DNA of 64,000 nucleotides from the human T2T-CHM13v2.0 reference genome, Homo sapiens (GCF_009914755.1 NC_060925.1); one strand, 5' to 3'; shown: positions 15,171 to 29,613, counted from the stretch's first letter. Numbers and translations: made by a program. Notes: a model not told the origin generated them from the sequence alone.

Positions 15171-15313
15171 TTGTAAAATGTATATGAAAAAGAAATAGAA
15201 CTGTGGACTTTGTATGTTTCTCTCTCAAACTATCACCTAGGTCTCTATATGAGGTGATAGTTTGAAAGATACAAATTCCCTAATTCTATTTCTTTTTCAA
15301 ATACATTTTATAA
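15171..15313. repeat. Long imperfect inverted repeat (hairpin)
   Basis: 15225-15238 is the exact reverse complement of 15252-15265. 15175-15200 pairs with 15284-15309 at 25/26. Confidence 0.92.
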
Positions 15314-15955
15314 TTAAAATATTTACTCTTTCTAGTTGTCCTAGCTAGAAAAAATATTGTCATTTAAAATTGGTTTTCCCAAGCTTACTTCAGCCACATG
15401 TTAATGACCTACCTTCCCTGCCTCCTTTTCAAGAAAAAAAAGTGAAAAAAAATTTTGATGTCTTTGGTAGAGTAAACCAAGGTCTCCAAAATTAGTATTC
15501 CAGTGTTAGTTGAAAATGCCTAGGTTTGATATTATTCTTTTTAAAGTCTCCTTAAGGTTGGGAAATCTGATATATCCTAATTCAACTCTTCTATTTTGCA
15601 ATTGAAGAAACTGGGCCGGCGTAGTAAAATTATATCGGGCCTCAAGTTCTCCAGCCCCTAGCATCAATGCTCCTCCACCTATACCAAGATGGCTAGATTG
15701 TGCAGTAATGCAAAAACGAGACAAAAGAGCTCCAATGGCATCTTAATGTATGCAAATCTGACAAATAGCTATGAATCATCCCCAAGGTAATACTTTAAAG
15801 CAGGCTTTGATATATTTGATGTTATGATGAAATGAGGAACTCAGATATTCCAACACTTCCAAATGTCACATCCAAAAGTTTGAAATTAATATTAGCATTC
15901 TATAAAGGCACTTCAGTGAATATAAGAATTATGACTAAGCCAAGAACTTCCAGTT

Positions 15956-15961
15956 TTTATT
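15956..15961 (-). terminator. NRAS distal polyadenylation signal AATAAA
   Basis: TTTATT on the plus strand at the end of the 3'UTR-like sequence. Confidence 0.8.
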
Positions 15962-16955
15962 TTTTAAACATCATTTAACAAGAAAAAACATTCAACCAAA
16001 TTAAAAAGAACTAGGTTGGATTAATTTACAATAAAATAATCAACTTAAAATATCGGCCCTTCCATTTAGGGCCAAGGAGGCCAATAGTTCCTGTTTAAAC
16101 AGCAGAATTGCACAATTATTTTTACCTATATTTGATGGCACAAAAAAATAAAAGTCTTACAACTTCCACGGACATCCTCCCCTCCCTCCAGAGCAGAGTT
16201 CATACAATTCCATCTTAGGTCAGTACTCAGGCTTTTAAAAATCATCTTACGTTTTGAAATATAATACAACTACTCTGGTAACAAGAATACTTTTAAAACA
16301 ATTCTTATAGAAAACAAATACCTTAGATAATTGTGTGGCACATTAGACTGCTCAAAGAAACAGCAAAGATGAAAAATAATGTACAAGAATTATAGTCCCT
16401 TGTTTATAGAAACCATCCAAATAAAATATTTTCCCTAATTTTCCTTGCTTCTTATAATTTATTAGCAGAGATGAATTACAAGAAGCAGAACGCACCATTT
16501 TTTGGTTCTTGGTTGTAGCTGCCAACTTAGGAGTTCATGACTATAAATATAAAGCAAATATGATTATGCTCACAAGCTCTGGAATGGTAAAAAAACCCCA
16601 CATATCTCTAAAGTGTTTCTCTATCCTTGCTTTCAAGTCATGACAAAAAAATTCACAGCAGTTTAAAGGATGGTGAAAGACTAAACATGGGCCCACTAAA
16701 ATAGAGATTAATTTTACCTATTACACTCCTATAGTAAAAATTGTAATAAGTATGATATTGTATTAAGTAACATTCTATAGTAAGCCGTTGGAGCAAATAC
16801 AGCATTTAACAGGTTCATTTACAGATCCGGCATGGTAGCCTTCAGACAGAACATCTTATTTTCACTCTTGAACATGTAACCTTTAAAAAAACCAAAAGGA
16901 ATATGTAATTTATGACAGCTGGCCAGGCACTTAATTTGGGGAAAGAGAAGGATTT

Positions 16956-16962
16956 TGAGGTA
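16956..16962 (-). promoter_or_regulatory. let-7 seed match (7mer-A1, TACCTCA) in NRAS 3'UTR
   Basis: Complementary to the let-7 seed. RAS repression by let-7 is established. Confidence 0.7.
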
Positions 16963-17091
16963 AACTAGAATTCTTTTCAGCAATCACAAACATAGCCTAA
17001 AAACCACGTTTTATACCACACTGAAGTTATTCAGCTTTTAACTATAAGTTTGTCACTCCTTTGTGCCAAAATTCACACCTAGGTGTAACTT

Positions 17092-17247
17092 TTTTTTTGG
17101 AGACAAGTCTCTCTTGTCACCCAGGCTGGAGTGCAGTGGCACGATCTCTGCTCACTGTAACCTCCACCTCCTGGGTTGAAGTGATTCTCCTGCCTCAGCC
17201 TCTCAAGTAGCTGGGACTACAGGCACGGGCCACCATGCCCGGCTAAT
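17092..17247 (-). mobile_element. 5'-truncated Alu right arm inside the NRAS 3'UTR (sense to the mRNA)
   Basis: TSD TGTAACTT at 17084-17091 and 17248-17255. Confidence 0.9.
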
Positions 17248-19361
17248 TGTAACTTCTTAAGGTATTCAAAGAACATACTCAAGTCTGAATTTTGGCCCCA
17301 TTTAGAAACTTCTGTGCTTAGAACATACTTGGAAAACTCTAAGTACATACATACAAGGGCTATTGGCACAAGAGCCCAAGATGAGTAACTATCTTTCTCC
17401 CTAATTTGACATCAAATTTAATAGATTTTTAAGAAAAAGAATCACTGCCAGTCACAGACATTTAAAAAAGAAATGACTGAGGTGATAAGCCTCAGGAAAA
17501 TTACAGAGTAGCACTGCTCCAGAAGGAGCAGAAACAGAAAAGCAGAATTTCCATTTACAAATGATGACAGTACTGTGAAAGCTCCCAGAATTAGCAGTAA
17601 GAAGCACAACTCTGCAGGTTCATTATACTCTGGACACAGTATATGTTTCTTCTCTTCTGAATTTCAAGGTAATATGACATTTGCTTAATAAATGAAAATT
17701 CATAATATAGAAGATGGAGGACCTCAGTAAGTATTTAGATATTAAAGACAGGAACAAAGTGGCCATTTTGGAATTAGTCTTTTATCAAAAGTTATCCAAG
17801 TCTATTTTTCATGAGAATTACCAGGGTATTATCTGCAAATTAAAATGCCAAGCCTCCAAATCCTCATAGGTATCAATTAATTATATTTTCCATTCCTGTC
17901 TCAACAATTTCAACTTCCTGTTTTGAGCAAACTCATCAGCTTAGATTTATCAACATCTTGTTTTAAACCCTTCAAAGAACATTATGAATAAAGAGAATTT
18001 AAAACGTTTCTCAGCTGAGACATCCTCATTCTCAAATGAGAATATTGGCTTAATTTAGAGTTTCTACATGGCTAAAAGAAAAAAAAATGTTTAAATACGT
18101 GATACTGAGTTTTCCAGTCATGGTAAAGGGTTTGTGCTAACTGACCTCTTCTTTCCTTGCAGGGCTAACTGCAGCTACCTAGCAAAATTACTAGCTGGAG
18201 TTACTGGTGCAATGAGCAAATGCAGAAGAATTTCTTTCTCTGTGATGCTAACTGGATTGTTCAAGTTTTGAAACTGTGACCCTGGTCCATTAGCACCATG
18301 CTTTACTCAACTGAAATAATCAAGCCCCTATTGCTGTGGGGGAAGCTGTAGAGGGTGGGGTGAGAAGGGGATTGAAGGCAATTATATACATCATTAAGAT
18401 ACCATGATATACAGTGAAAATGTAATTTGTTAATATACTATATTTGAGGTTTGAAAATCACTGATCACAGCTATTAAATAACAATGCACCAAAGTTTTAC
18501 AATATTTGAACATCTGCAAATGTAGAGCTTTCTGGTATGACACAAATTTGAATACAAATGGAAGTTCATTGAATATTAGGTTTATCAGTAAGCTAGGGGA
18601 AACAAATTACATACATTGTATAGGTAGTAACCTATGAAAAAAGTGGAGATTAGGTAAAAATTATTAAGTGAAATTATTCATGTGCTTTCAGTTTCATCTT
18701 TCTCCTGGGAAAGCCCCAAAACAGGCCTCTGGAAAACCAATTTCATACATGTACAAAATGGCATCTGCTCTCAAATAGATATAGCTTTCCTTCAATGGTA
18801 GATAAGTCACAGACGTATCTCAGACATTCATTTCATGCATAAGGATTTTTGAGACATCTATTCCACTGAAATATTATAAAGGAAGTCTACAAACCACTTC
18901 TAGGAAAAAGGCACTTCACTGTGAAAGTTGGATTTAATTACGTCAAAGTTGTGAAGACTAGGATAGACTCAAAATTCAGTATTCATTTTTGTATTTATGA
19001 ATCTAGAGCAGATGCCAGTTTAGAGAATAGAGCCGATAACATTATAAACAAACCAAACAGCAATAATAACTATATTCTTGGCAAAACAGTAATTTATGAC
19101 ATTTCTCCAAAAATTAGCATAGTTCTAAGTTCAACAGTAAAAAGAAAAAAAAAATCACCAGCAGTTGCTACTTTAGAGCTCAAGACACTGTTTTCAATAG
19201 AATTTCACGTTTGCGGTTTGGTTCTCTGTTTCAGACATGAACTGCTTTTCAGATGAAAAACCTGGGGTGGCAGAGGTGTGTTTGTGCTGTGGAAGAACCC
19301 AGGGCAGAAAAATAACAGGGAGTAACAAGAGGTGCATTCTCTGGTCAGACAGCCAAGTGAG

Positions 19362-19368
19362 GAGGTAG
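19362..19368 (-). promoter_or_regulatory. let-7 seed match (7mer-m8, CTACCTC) in NRAS 3'UTR
   Basis: GAGGTAG on the plus strand, 186 nt after the stop in the spliced mRNA. Confidence 0.75.
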
Positions 19369-19613
19369 TTATTCTGAGAACTTCTCAAATAGAGATTATT
19401 GTACTAAACTACTGAGAGCTGGGGAAGTAGCAGGAGCTTCTCTGTGAGACTGAAGACAGCAACAGGAATACTTCTCCTCCAGGGAAGTCAGGACCAGGGT
19501 GTCAGTGCAGCTGAAATAGAAACAGAATTTGTATAAGTGACACATTCAGAGTATAAGAAAAACAAATATACAAAATTAACAGGAATGAGAATACATTTCC
19601 AAACTTGTCCTAC

Positions 19614-19652
19614 CTTGAAAGTGGCTCTTTTCTGACAAAACTTTAAAAGTAT
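19614..19652 (-). other. NRAS: NRAS exon 6 (39 nt, non-coding)
   Basis: TTTTTTACAG acceptor and AAG|GTAGGA donor. Confidence 0.9.
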
Positions 19653-19994
19653 CTGTAAAAAAAGAACAGAAACCATGTCCTTATTAACTAGTTTCAAAGT
19701 AGTGATCCTTCAAATTCCTGGTCATTGCCAGGAATAGGGTATGCCTACATTTCATAAATAATGTCTTATAATTTCTAATGTTACCAAAAATATAAAGATA
19801 CCTGTGGAATAATCAAATGTTTTAAACACTTTAGACCTCAGTACTTTCAGAAAGGGTGTCATATGGAAAATGTGCAGAAGAGGATAGGCAGAAACTCAAA
19901 AAACATATAGACAATAACACCAGCACTCCTCCAAATTGCCCAATACTATATACTAAGATTTGTAATTATGCCAAGAAACCATATGCTCACCTTG

Positions 19995-20114
19995 TTACAT
20001 CACCACACATGGCAATCCCATACAACCCTGAGTCCCATCATCACTGCTGTTGAGTTTTTTCATTCGGTACTGGCGTATTTCTCTTACCAGTGTGTAAAAA
20101 GCATCTTCAACACC
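19995..20114 (-). CDS. NRAS: NRAS exon 5 coding part ([39 protein letters not shown])
   Basis: Hypervariable region with C181 and CAAX box CVVM. TAA at 19995-19997. The exon ends at 19991 (CAAG|GTGAG). Confidence 0.98.
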
Positions 20115-20598
20115 CTATAAAAGGAAAAAATGAAAAAAAATGAGAGAGCTAGCTCAACGGACACAATCCAAATTATAAGCTCTCTTGCATTTGTATCTCT
20201 TTATGTGGACATAAGATTCCAATTACTAAACGAATAGCTGATAAAATAAAATATGGTGATTTAAGGAAGAGAACACTAAATTTCACATTCCTATTGAATC
20301 ACAAGAACAGGCTGATATAAAAATGGCACATTTTGCCAAATAAACATTCATGCAAAGGAAAAGGGTAATGTGAGAAACACGGAACAAAACTACATTAAAC
20401 TAAAGACTCCATTCAGGAGGCTTAAGCCATAAACGGGCTGGTGTTGACAGAGAAATAACTAATGTTTATAAATATTTTTAGTCAAGGATCTTCCCAAGAA
20501 ATATTTGTGGATGTTAATGCAGGAGTAAACATGCCATAACAGAATATTAGTAAGTTCATTTTGGGTTTAAACAAGCGTTAAGAAAAAGAACACTACTA

Positions 20599-21205
<607 letters not shown>

Positions 21206-21233
21206 TTATCAGAACATAAGAAAAACAAGATTA

Positions 21234-22045
<812 letters not shown>

Positions 22046-22469
22046 AGATTTCAGGAAGGAATAAATGGCTAGGGCAAAAAAGAAACTAGCAAATTTTATG
22101 TAGCCCTATTAACTTGTAGTATTTTTGCTTTTTTCTACCACTTAGAGAAGACATTGTATACTAAGGAGACTGCTTTAGACTTGTTGCAGCAGCCATCAGG
22201 AAGCCATAAGTACAAGCTCACCTTCTAATGGGAGTGGATGGGTATTTTATCCTGATACATGACCTAGTGAGGCTCCTGGATTCTCCAAAGAGCTTGGCTC
22301 TGGATTTAACTGGCAACTAGAAATCACCCTTTAGATTAAGGTCTAAAGTATAAAAAGTGAAGCTCACTGCTGCTAAATAACTAGGTGTGACAGTATTTAA
22401 TGGAAGGCAGTCTATCACTTTTCAAGATGGGTGGTGCTCAAACATTTTCTTCAAATAAATTGTAGATGA

Positions 22470-23095
<626 letters not shown>

Positions 23096-23249
23096 ACATT
23101 GTATCTGGAAGCCCAAGCGATAAAATAGAAAACATAAGAACTGCTCTTAGTAAAGGGAGGCTGAAGCATCTAGAACTCCTGACAGCACCCCTTTCAATGA
23201 CATGTAAGGCACACCACACAGCACACCTGGGAAACAATTGCTTTAGATT

Positions 23250-23424
23250 GTCTTGACCAACACAATCCAACAGTACTTTATGTGATGATGGAAATGGTCT
23301 ATATCTGTACTGTTCAACATGGTACCTACTAGTGGCTATTGAGCATTTGGTAGTCAAGGAACTAATTTTTAAATTTTATTTAATCTTAATTAACTGTAAA
23401 TAACCACATACTGCACAGTACTGT
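23250..23424. mobile_element. MER3-like hAT-Charlie relic
   Basis: ACTTTATGTGATGATGGAAATGGTCTATATCTGTACTGTTCAA resembles MER3. Confidence 0.65.
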
Positions 23425-24618
23425 TTTAGTCTCTACCCCTGGATTACCCACAAAGTCATGTATCTGAACTACATTCCACTGGCTATTTGCAAAACTGTGC
23501 TTGATGGTAATAGCCTACATTAAGGGATAAGACAGCCTAAAGTACCTGGACCATGTCACTGTCAGGTTACTACTGATTTTTACATTAAACAAGCCTCTTT
23601 GAGGATCCATGGGAAAATTTCCTTCTAGTCCGAGCAACTTAACGGCTTTCAGCATACAGATACTGAATCTTTCAGCTGGCTACTTTCCTTTTCACAACAG
23701 TGACCAAATTTGTAGTCCACCTTTAGAAAGCCACTGGAACTTCATGCACAATCACAGAATATGCTCACTCCTAAATTTGTTTATTTTACCCTTATTTTTT
23801 TGGTCTCACTTAAGCCTATTTTTCATTAATCTTATCTTGCTCTACTATATGCATTTTCATAAGATGTTTTAAATACTCTTTGGTTTGAGCTAAGGCATAT
23901 AGAAAAATGAATAAATTTCTTGTAAGAAAGAAGAAAAATGACTTCTAGAAATTCAAAAAACATTTATTAGATGCATGCCAAGTGTGGGCATTTTATTAAG
24001 TACTGCTATTACTTTTAGACAAAAAAAAAATGGGAAGTACAACAGGTTAGGAAAAGAACACTTGAATTCAGTGTTGGACCAATCTGCTTTTGAGAGCAGA
24101 CATCTTCACATGGATAGAAAATAAGCCAAGACTCAAGCCTTTAGGCAGAACACTTAAGTAGCATTTACTGTGTGCCAGGCACTATTCTGAGTGATTTGCG
24201 TATTTATTAAAACTGTAATCTTCACAACTCTATGAGGTAGGTATTATTATTTCCATATTATAGGTTAGGAAAGCCACATAGCCCCTGAGTCACGTCGCTA
24301 ATAAACAGAGCTAGGTTTCAATCCAGGCAGAGTTCTCATTCTTAACCATTATATTATTCTGTTTAAGAACACTGTGCTAAGAAAAAGGAGCTTTGGGTTT
24401 TTGGTCCTGGCTCTGCTACTAATAACAATCCTGACTCCAAAACCTAACAAACGACATTCTGAACTCTGTTTCTGATTCTGCAAAATAAGAATATTGTACT
24501 AGAATTTTTATGGTCCAATCTAGCTTTGAAACTTTATGGTTCTATGGACAAAGTCTATCTTTATGTTCCCTTGCTTTGTTTTCATCTTTATGGACTTCCT
24601 ATTTGCTTACTCCTATCA

Positions 24619-24908
24619 TTTTATTTTTTATTTTTTTTGGAGACAGAATCTTGCTCTGTTGATTAGGCTGGAGTGCAGCAGTGCAGTGGAGTGAGCATGC
24701 CTCGACCTCCTGAGCTCACGTGATCCTCCCACCTCTGCCTCCCGAGTAGCTGCCACCATGTGTGACTAATTTTTTTATTTTTATTTTTGTAGAGACAGGG
24801 TCTTGCTCTGTTGCCCAGGCTGGTCTCCAACTCCTGGGCTGAAAGTGATCCTCCCGCCTTGGCCTCCCAAAGCACTGACATTCCAGGTGTGAGCCACTGT
24901 GCCTGGCC
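24619..24908 (-). mobile_element. Alu (J-like) in NRAS intron 3
   Basis: Reverse Alu consensus. Confidence 0.88.
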
Positions 24909-25244
24909 TATCTTTTCCATTACATACTGAAAGATGTTTCTTGGAGATGTTTTCCTCTCTGAAATTCCTTCGTGATCTCTAATTACAACAACTCTGGTTC
25001 CAAGTCATTCCCAGTAGCAAGCTTCACTTATGTATTATCAAACTTTATAGTAACAGTATATTATGTAAAATAAATTCCAGTATTAACTTTCAGTAATTAC
25101 CCTAGATTCTCAATGTCAAACAACCTAAAACCAACTCTTCCCATAATTAAAAAGCTCTATCTTCCCTAGTGTGGTAACCTCATTTCCCCATAAAGATTCA
25201 GAACACAAAGATCATCCTTTCAGAGAAAATAATGCTCCTAGTAC

Positions 25245-25423
25245 CTGTAGAGGTTAATATCCGCAAATGACTTGCTATTATTGATGGCAAATACACAGAG
25301 GAAGCCTTCGCCTGTCCTCATGTATTGGTCTCTCATGGCACTGTACTCTTCTTGTCCAGCTGTATCCAGTATGTCCAACAAACAGGTTTCACCATCTATA
25401 ACCACTTGTTTTCTGTAAGAATC
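25245..25423 (-). CDS. NRAS: NRAS exon 3 (179 nt; DTAGQE, Q61=CAA at 25352-25354)
   Basis: ORF track 25238..25468. CAG acceptor and AG|GTACTA donor. Confidence 0.99.
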
Positions 25424-26468
25424 CTGGGGGTGTGGAGGGTAAGGGGGCAGGGAGGGAGGGAAGTTCAATTTTTATTAAAAACCACAGGGAATACAATGCT
25501 ATTGCCAAGGTTAAATAAGCATCTAACTATTCAAGCCCATTTCTGCCTATCTGGTTTGTCCCTCAAATTGCTAATATATAATCACAAACAAAAAGTATCC
25601 AATATCACCCTACATAAAAGAAAACCCACCAAATTCTATATGCCTGCAGAAAAGAAATATGGTCACTGTGTTCCTGGAAAAGATTAAGAAAACACAGTAA
25701 CTCAAATGACAACTCTACTGCAGCCAGGAGGCTACAGATTAAGTACCCAGTGTATTTCACTAAGCTATGAACTGGACTGTTTTATTTGTGCTGTTTATTT
25801 TACTTAAAGAAATCTAAACATACCTCCACCAATTATAACCTGGCCCTATATACATCATTTGTGTTTATGACTAAATATACAAATACCTTTGTTTCAGAGA
25901 AGGTTTTTTTTTTATCATGACAGATGTACCTTTGGGAAATATTCCTGAATCAAATTCTTAAAGGTTCCAAACAAGGTATAGTTATGTTTAATTTCTCAGG
26001 AAGACAAACATGCATAGATCATATAAAAAATACTTTCATTTTGGTTTTATGGCAACAGGACTTTTACTTGTATTTTAATGTCATCACACTTGGAGAACTC
26101 TCTGGAGTACTGGAAGTGCTCTATACTGTTATCTGGGTGGTAGCTACATGACTATATAGAAACGCAAAAAGCACTGGGCTGTAGACATAAAATTTATGTA
26201 TTTTACTTATGTAAATTGCTCAATAAATCAAACATTTAAAAATATTTAATTAAAATATTAAACATTTCATGTAAAATATTAAAGCTGTTAAGCTCAAAAT
26301 AAAGATTTTGCCAAGGGTTAGCAACCAATTTTTTATAGTGGCTATATTAGAGTTAGTTTTCATCAATTAAACACGAGTAGCCAGATGGTAGGGAGGCCAG
26401 GTGTTGATTAAAATAATCTCTAAAGTTAGGCATTTCTAAACTGAACAAAATTACAAAACCCTTTATTT

Positions 26469-26767
26469 ATTTATCTATTTATTTATTTTTTGAGACGAAG
26501 TCTCGCTCTGTTGCCCAGGCTGGAGGTCTGTGGTGTGATCTCGGCTCACTGCACCCTCTGCCTCTGGTTCAAGCGATTCTCCTGCCTCAGCCTCCTGAGT
26601 AGCTGGGATTACAGGTGCCTGCCACCACACCCAGCTAATTTTTGTATTTTTAGTAGAGACGGGGTTTCACCATGTTGATCAGGCTGGTCTTGAACTCCTG
26701 ACCTTGTGATCCGCCTGCCTCAGCCTCCCAAAGTGCTGGGATTACAGGCGTGAGCCACCGTGTCCGG
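26469..26767 (-). mobile_element. Alu (S-like) in NRAS intron 2
   Basis: TSD CAAAACCCTTTATTT. Confidence 0.93.
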
Positions 26768-27467
26768 CAAAACCCTTTATTTAAAGAGCCTTAGGTGCCA
26801 CTTACTGAAGACAATCTGTACCATGAACTCTCATAATAACAATAGAATCCCTAAGTACTATTACATAGTGCTTTACCATTCATAAATAACTTAAATATAT
26901 TATTTAACTTTCCATAACATCCCTGTGTGGTAGGCAGGACAAGTTTATGGTAATTTAAAACATGAGGAAAATGAGGTTGGGAGAGATTCAGTTGCTCAAT
27001 ATCACACAACTAAATAAACTGCAAACAGGGACCAAAATCCTAGGCATAAAGACTAAAAATCTCAAGTTCTTGCTACTCCAATCATCTGGTCTCAGCTGCT
27101 TCAACTAGCTAATAAATAAATATTGAAGAACACTCATCTCTGAATCCTTTATCTCCATCCTATTATCTCCCATACAATCAGACAGTCTCGCTACTATGGC
27201 CTGTGTTTCTCATGTAATAGAGCTGTTATATATGAAGAAACTCATGAATGAACTCAACACTGAGTTTGCAATAGTTTACAGAACTGTTAAAAACTGGACA
27301 GGTTTTAGAAACTTCAGCAGCTAATAAAAATGAACTGTTCTCTATAAACACGTTAAGCTTATTGCATAACTGAATGTATACCCAAAATAACTTTTTACTT
27401 TCTCTCCTCTTATTCCTTTAATACAGAATATGGGTAAAGATGATCCGACAAGTGAGAGACAGGATCA

Positions 27468-27683
<216 letters not shown>

Positions 27684-28102
27684 CTATAATCAATGGAAAT
27701 GAAAACCCTAGTGTGACCTTCCATTTGGTTCTTAAAGTGACTAGAGAACGCAAAAACACCGGATTAATATCGGCCTCACACTTCTGGAGTAGTTTTCTAG
27801 CAACCCCCATCCTTAGCTATTTTTCAACAGTCCTTGGGCCCCGCCCTCAGCCTAAGCAATGGAAATCCCCCTTCCTATTACTCCCCGAAGGCTTCTCAGC
27901 TCTAGCAGGAAGCCTCCAGGCCGCAACTCCTTCCCATTCTCCCTTCTGTCTCCAAAGATCTCCCCACGTAGGCACCAAATGGAAGGACCCCCGCCCAAGG
28001 CCTTTGTCTCCAGCTGATAGATTCTGCTCCATTTCTGGCATCAGTGAAACGCCTGAACATTCCACAGCCCAAAGCCGAACACTATGCATGAGATAAACTT
28101 AC

Positions 28103-28216
28103 CTCAAGCTCCACTGCCTCTGCTTTGGACAGATTTAGGACCACAGCCGGGAAAAATGTTGGAGACCCCGGAACCGCCATGAACAGCCCCCACCAAGGAG
28201 CGGCACTTCCGGCCCC
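28103..28216 (-). other. NRAS: NRAS non-coding exon 1 (5' end approximate; longer forms may start near 28339)
   Basis: GAG|GTAAGT donor at 28103/28102 inside a CpG-rich region. Confidence 0.85.
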
Positions 28217-28340
28217 GCCCGCTACGTAATCAGTCGGCGCCCCAGGCGCCTGAGTCCCCGCCCCGGCCACGTGGGCCTCCGAACCACGAGTCATGCGGCA
28301 GGCCGCACCCAGACCCGCCCCTCCCACACGGGACGTTTCA
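28140..28340 (-). promoter_or_regulatory. NRAS CpG-island promoter: ETS CCGGAAGT (28205-28212), GC boxes, E-box CACGTG (28268-28273)
   Basis: High CpG density and motifs read directly from the sequence. No TATA box. Confidence 0.85.
28308..28325 (-). promoter_or_regulatory. NRAS 5' G-quadruplex motif GGGAGGGGCGGGTCTGGG
   Basis: Four G-tracts; this is the well-known NRAS RNA G4 sequence. Confidence 0.9.
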
Positions 28341-28360
28341 ATAATGAAAGCGCTAGGTGC

Positions 28361-29613
28361 TAGTGTCTCAAAAATCAGTAAAACTTTATTCGCTTCCATT
28401 CTTTCGCCATTAACAGAAAACTGGAGAAAGCAAAAATGTTTCGTGTTTACAAAGATAAACGGCCTCTTTACCCAGAGATCAAAACCTCAAACGACAAGGG
28501 GGAAGATAAAACCGCCCTCCCCCACATCCCCTGAGCTGACCCTTGTCATCTTAGACAAAGCCTTCAGTCCACTGGCCAGGGACCCTGTATATGGCCAATT
28601 CAAGAAGAGGGCCAAGAAATCAGACCCATCCATTCCCGTGATATAAAGTTGAACAGAAGCTACACCAAGGGTCAAGTGTCTGTATTTTACAGGACACAGT
28701 AACCAGGCGGCTACTTATAAAAAAAAACAAGATTCATTTCAGGCACAACTTTTTTATTTTTTTTTGTTTTGTTTTTAAATCAGTAAAAGAAACCGGGTCC
28801 TAGAAGCTGCAGTGATCTAAGCAGCAGCAAGTTTGTGCATTCATTTTTTTTGTTTTTGTTTAAATATGTTTAAATTATCACACTGCTGGCACTCCTCATT
28901 TGCATGAAATTCTGCACCATACTTACTAATTGTAGTAAAGTTACCCCCCAACCCACGAAAAAAAACCTACTCTGGAAGAAAATTTTCACTGAAATATAAC
29001 CAAACTTCTTTAAGTGGATTGTGACAAGATTATAAATGATATGAAAAATAACATTTTAAAATTTGGCCATCAACTTTAAGAAATGGTTTGCCTATACAAA
29101 TTTTTGTAATTTTTAAAAGATAATATATTCTACCCTCATATGGTCCTCAGAATTAAAGCATAATGAACAGGAAGAAAAAGGAAAAGAATGCAACTGAGTG
29201 CTAAGGCAGAACATCTTGCCAGAAGTAATTAATGAAGGTAGAGTATATAATGAAAAGTGCAGAATTTCATAGGGCCAACAAGATAACAGTCTATATTTTT
29301 CACTTACACAGGCAAAGTGGATTCTGCAATTACCAGTTGCGTTAAATGCACCAAATAAAGCTCCTAAAATTGATACTATAAGGCGCCACCTTAAGTTTTT
29401 CCAGGCTGCAACTGTGCATTATTTAAAATGGTTTTCTTAAATTTATTTATTTTTTTAAACATAACACGAGGAAGGTGTTAAAACTGGTGTAATAGCTCAA
29501 TAGAATAAGTATTCCAGATTTCGGGAGGGATGAAGAGGGAGATATTCAGAACCCTTCACCAGATTCCCCCCAACTTGATCATAGTGGATTAATGGTGTGC
29601 TTTGTGGATGTGG
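28361..29613 (-). other. CSDE1: CSDE1 3'UTR with three AATAAA clusters (29442-29451, 28753-28758, 28385-28390)
   Basis: Follows the TAA at 29614. TTTATT hexamers on the plus strand fit alternative polyadenylation of UNR. The 3' end is approximate. Confidence 0.85.

Larger units (their letters stand above)
15929..19510 (-). other. NRAS: NRAS exon 7 (long 3'UTR)
   Basis: CAG acceptor at 19511-19513 and distal AATAAA at 15956-15961. The 3' end is approximate. Confidence 0.88.

Noticed and set aside
18439-18444. AATATA as the NRAS proximal poly(A) signal
   Set aside because: A plausible variant hexamer, but it cannot be distinguished from background in AT-rich UTR without 3'-end data.
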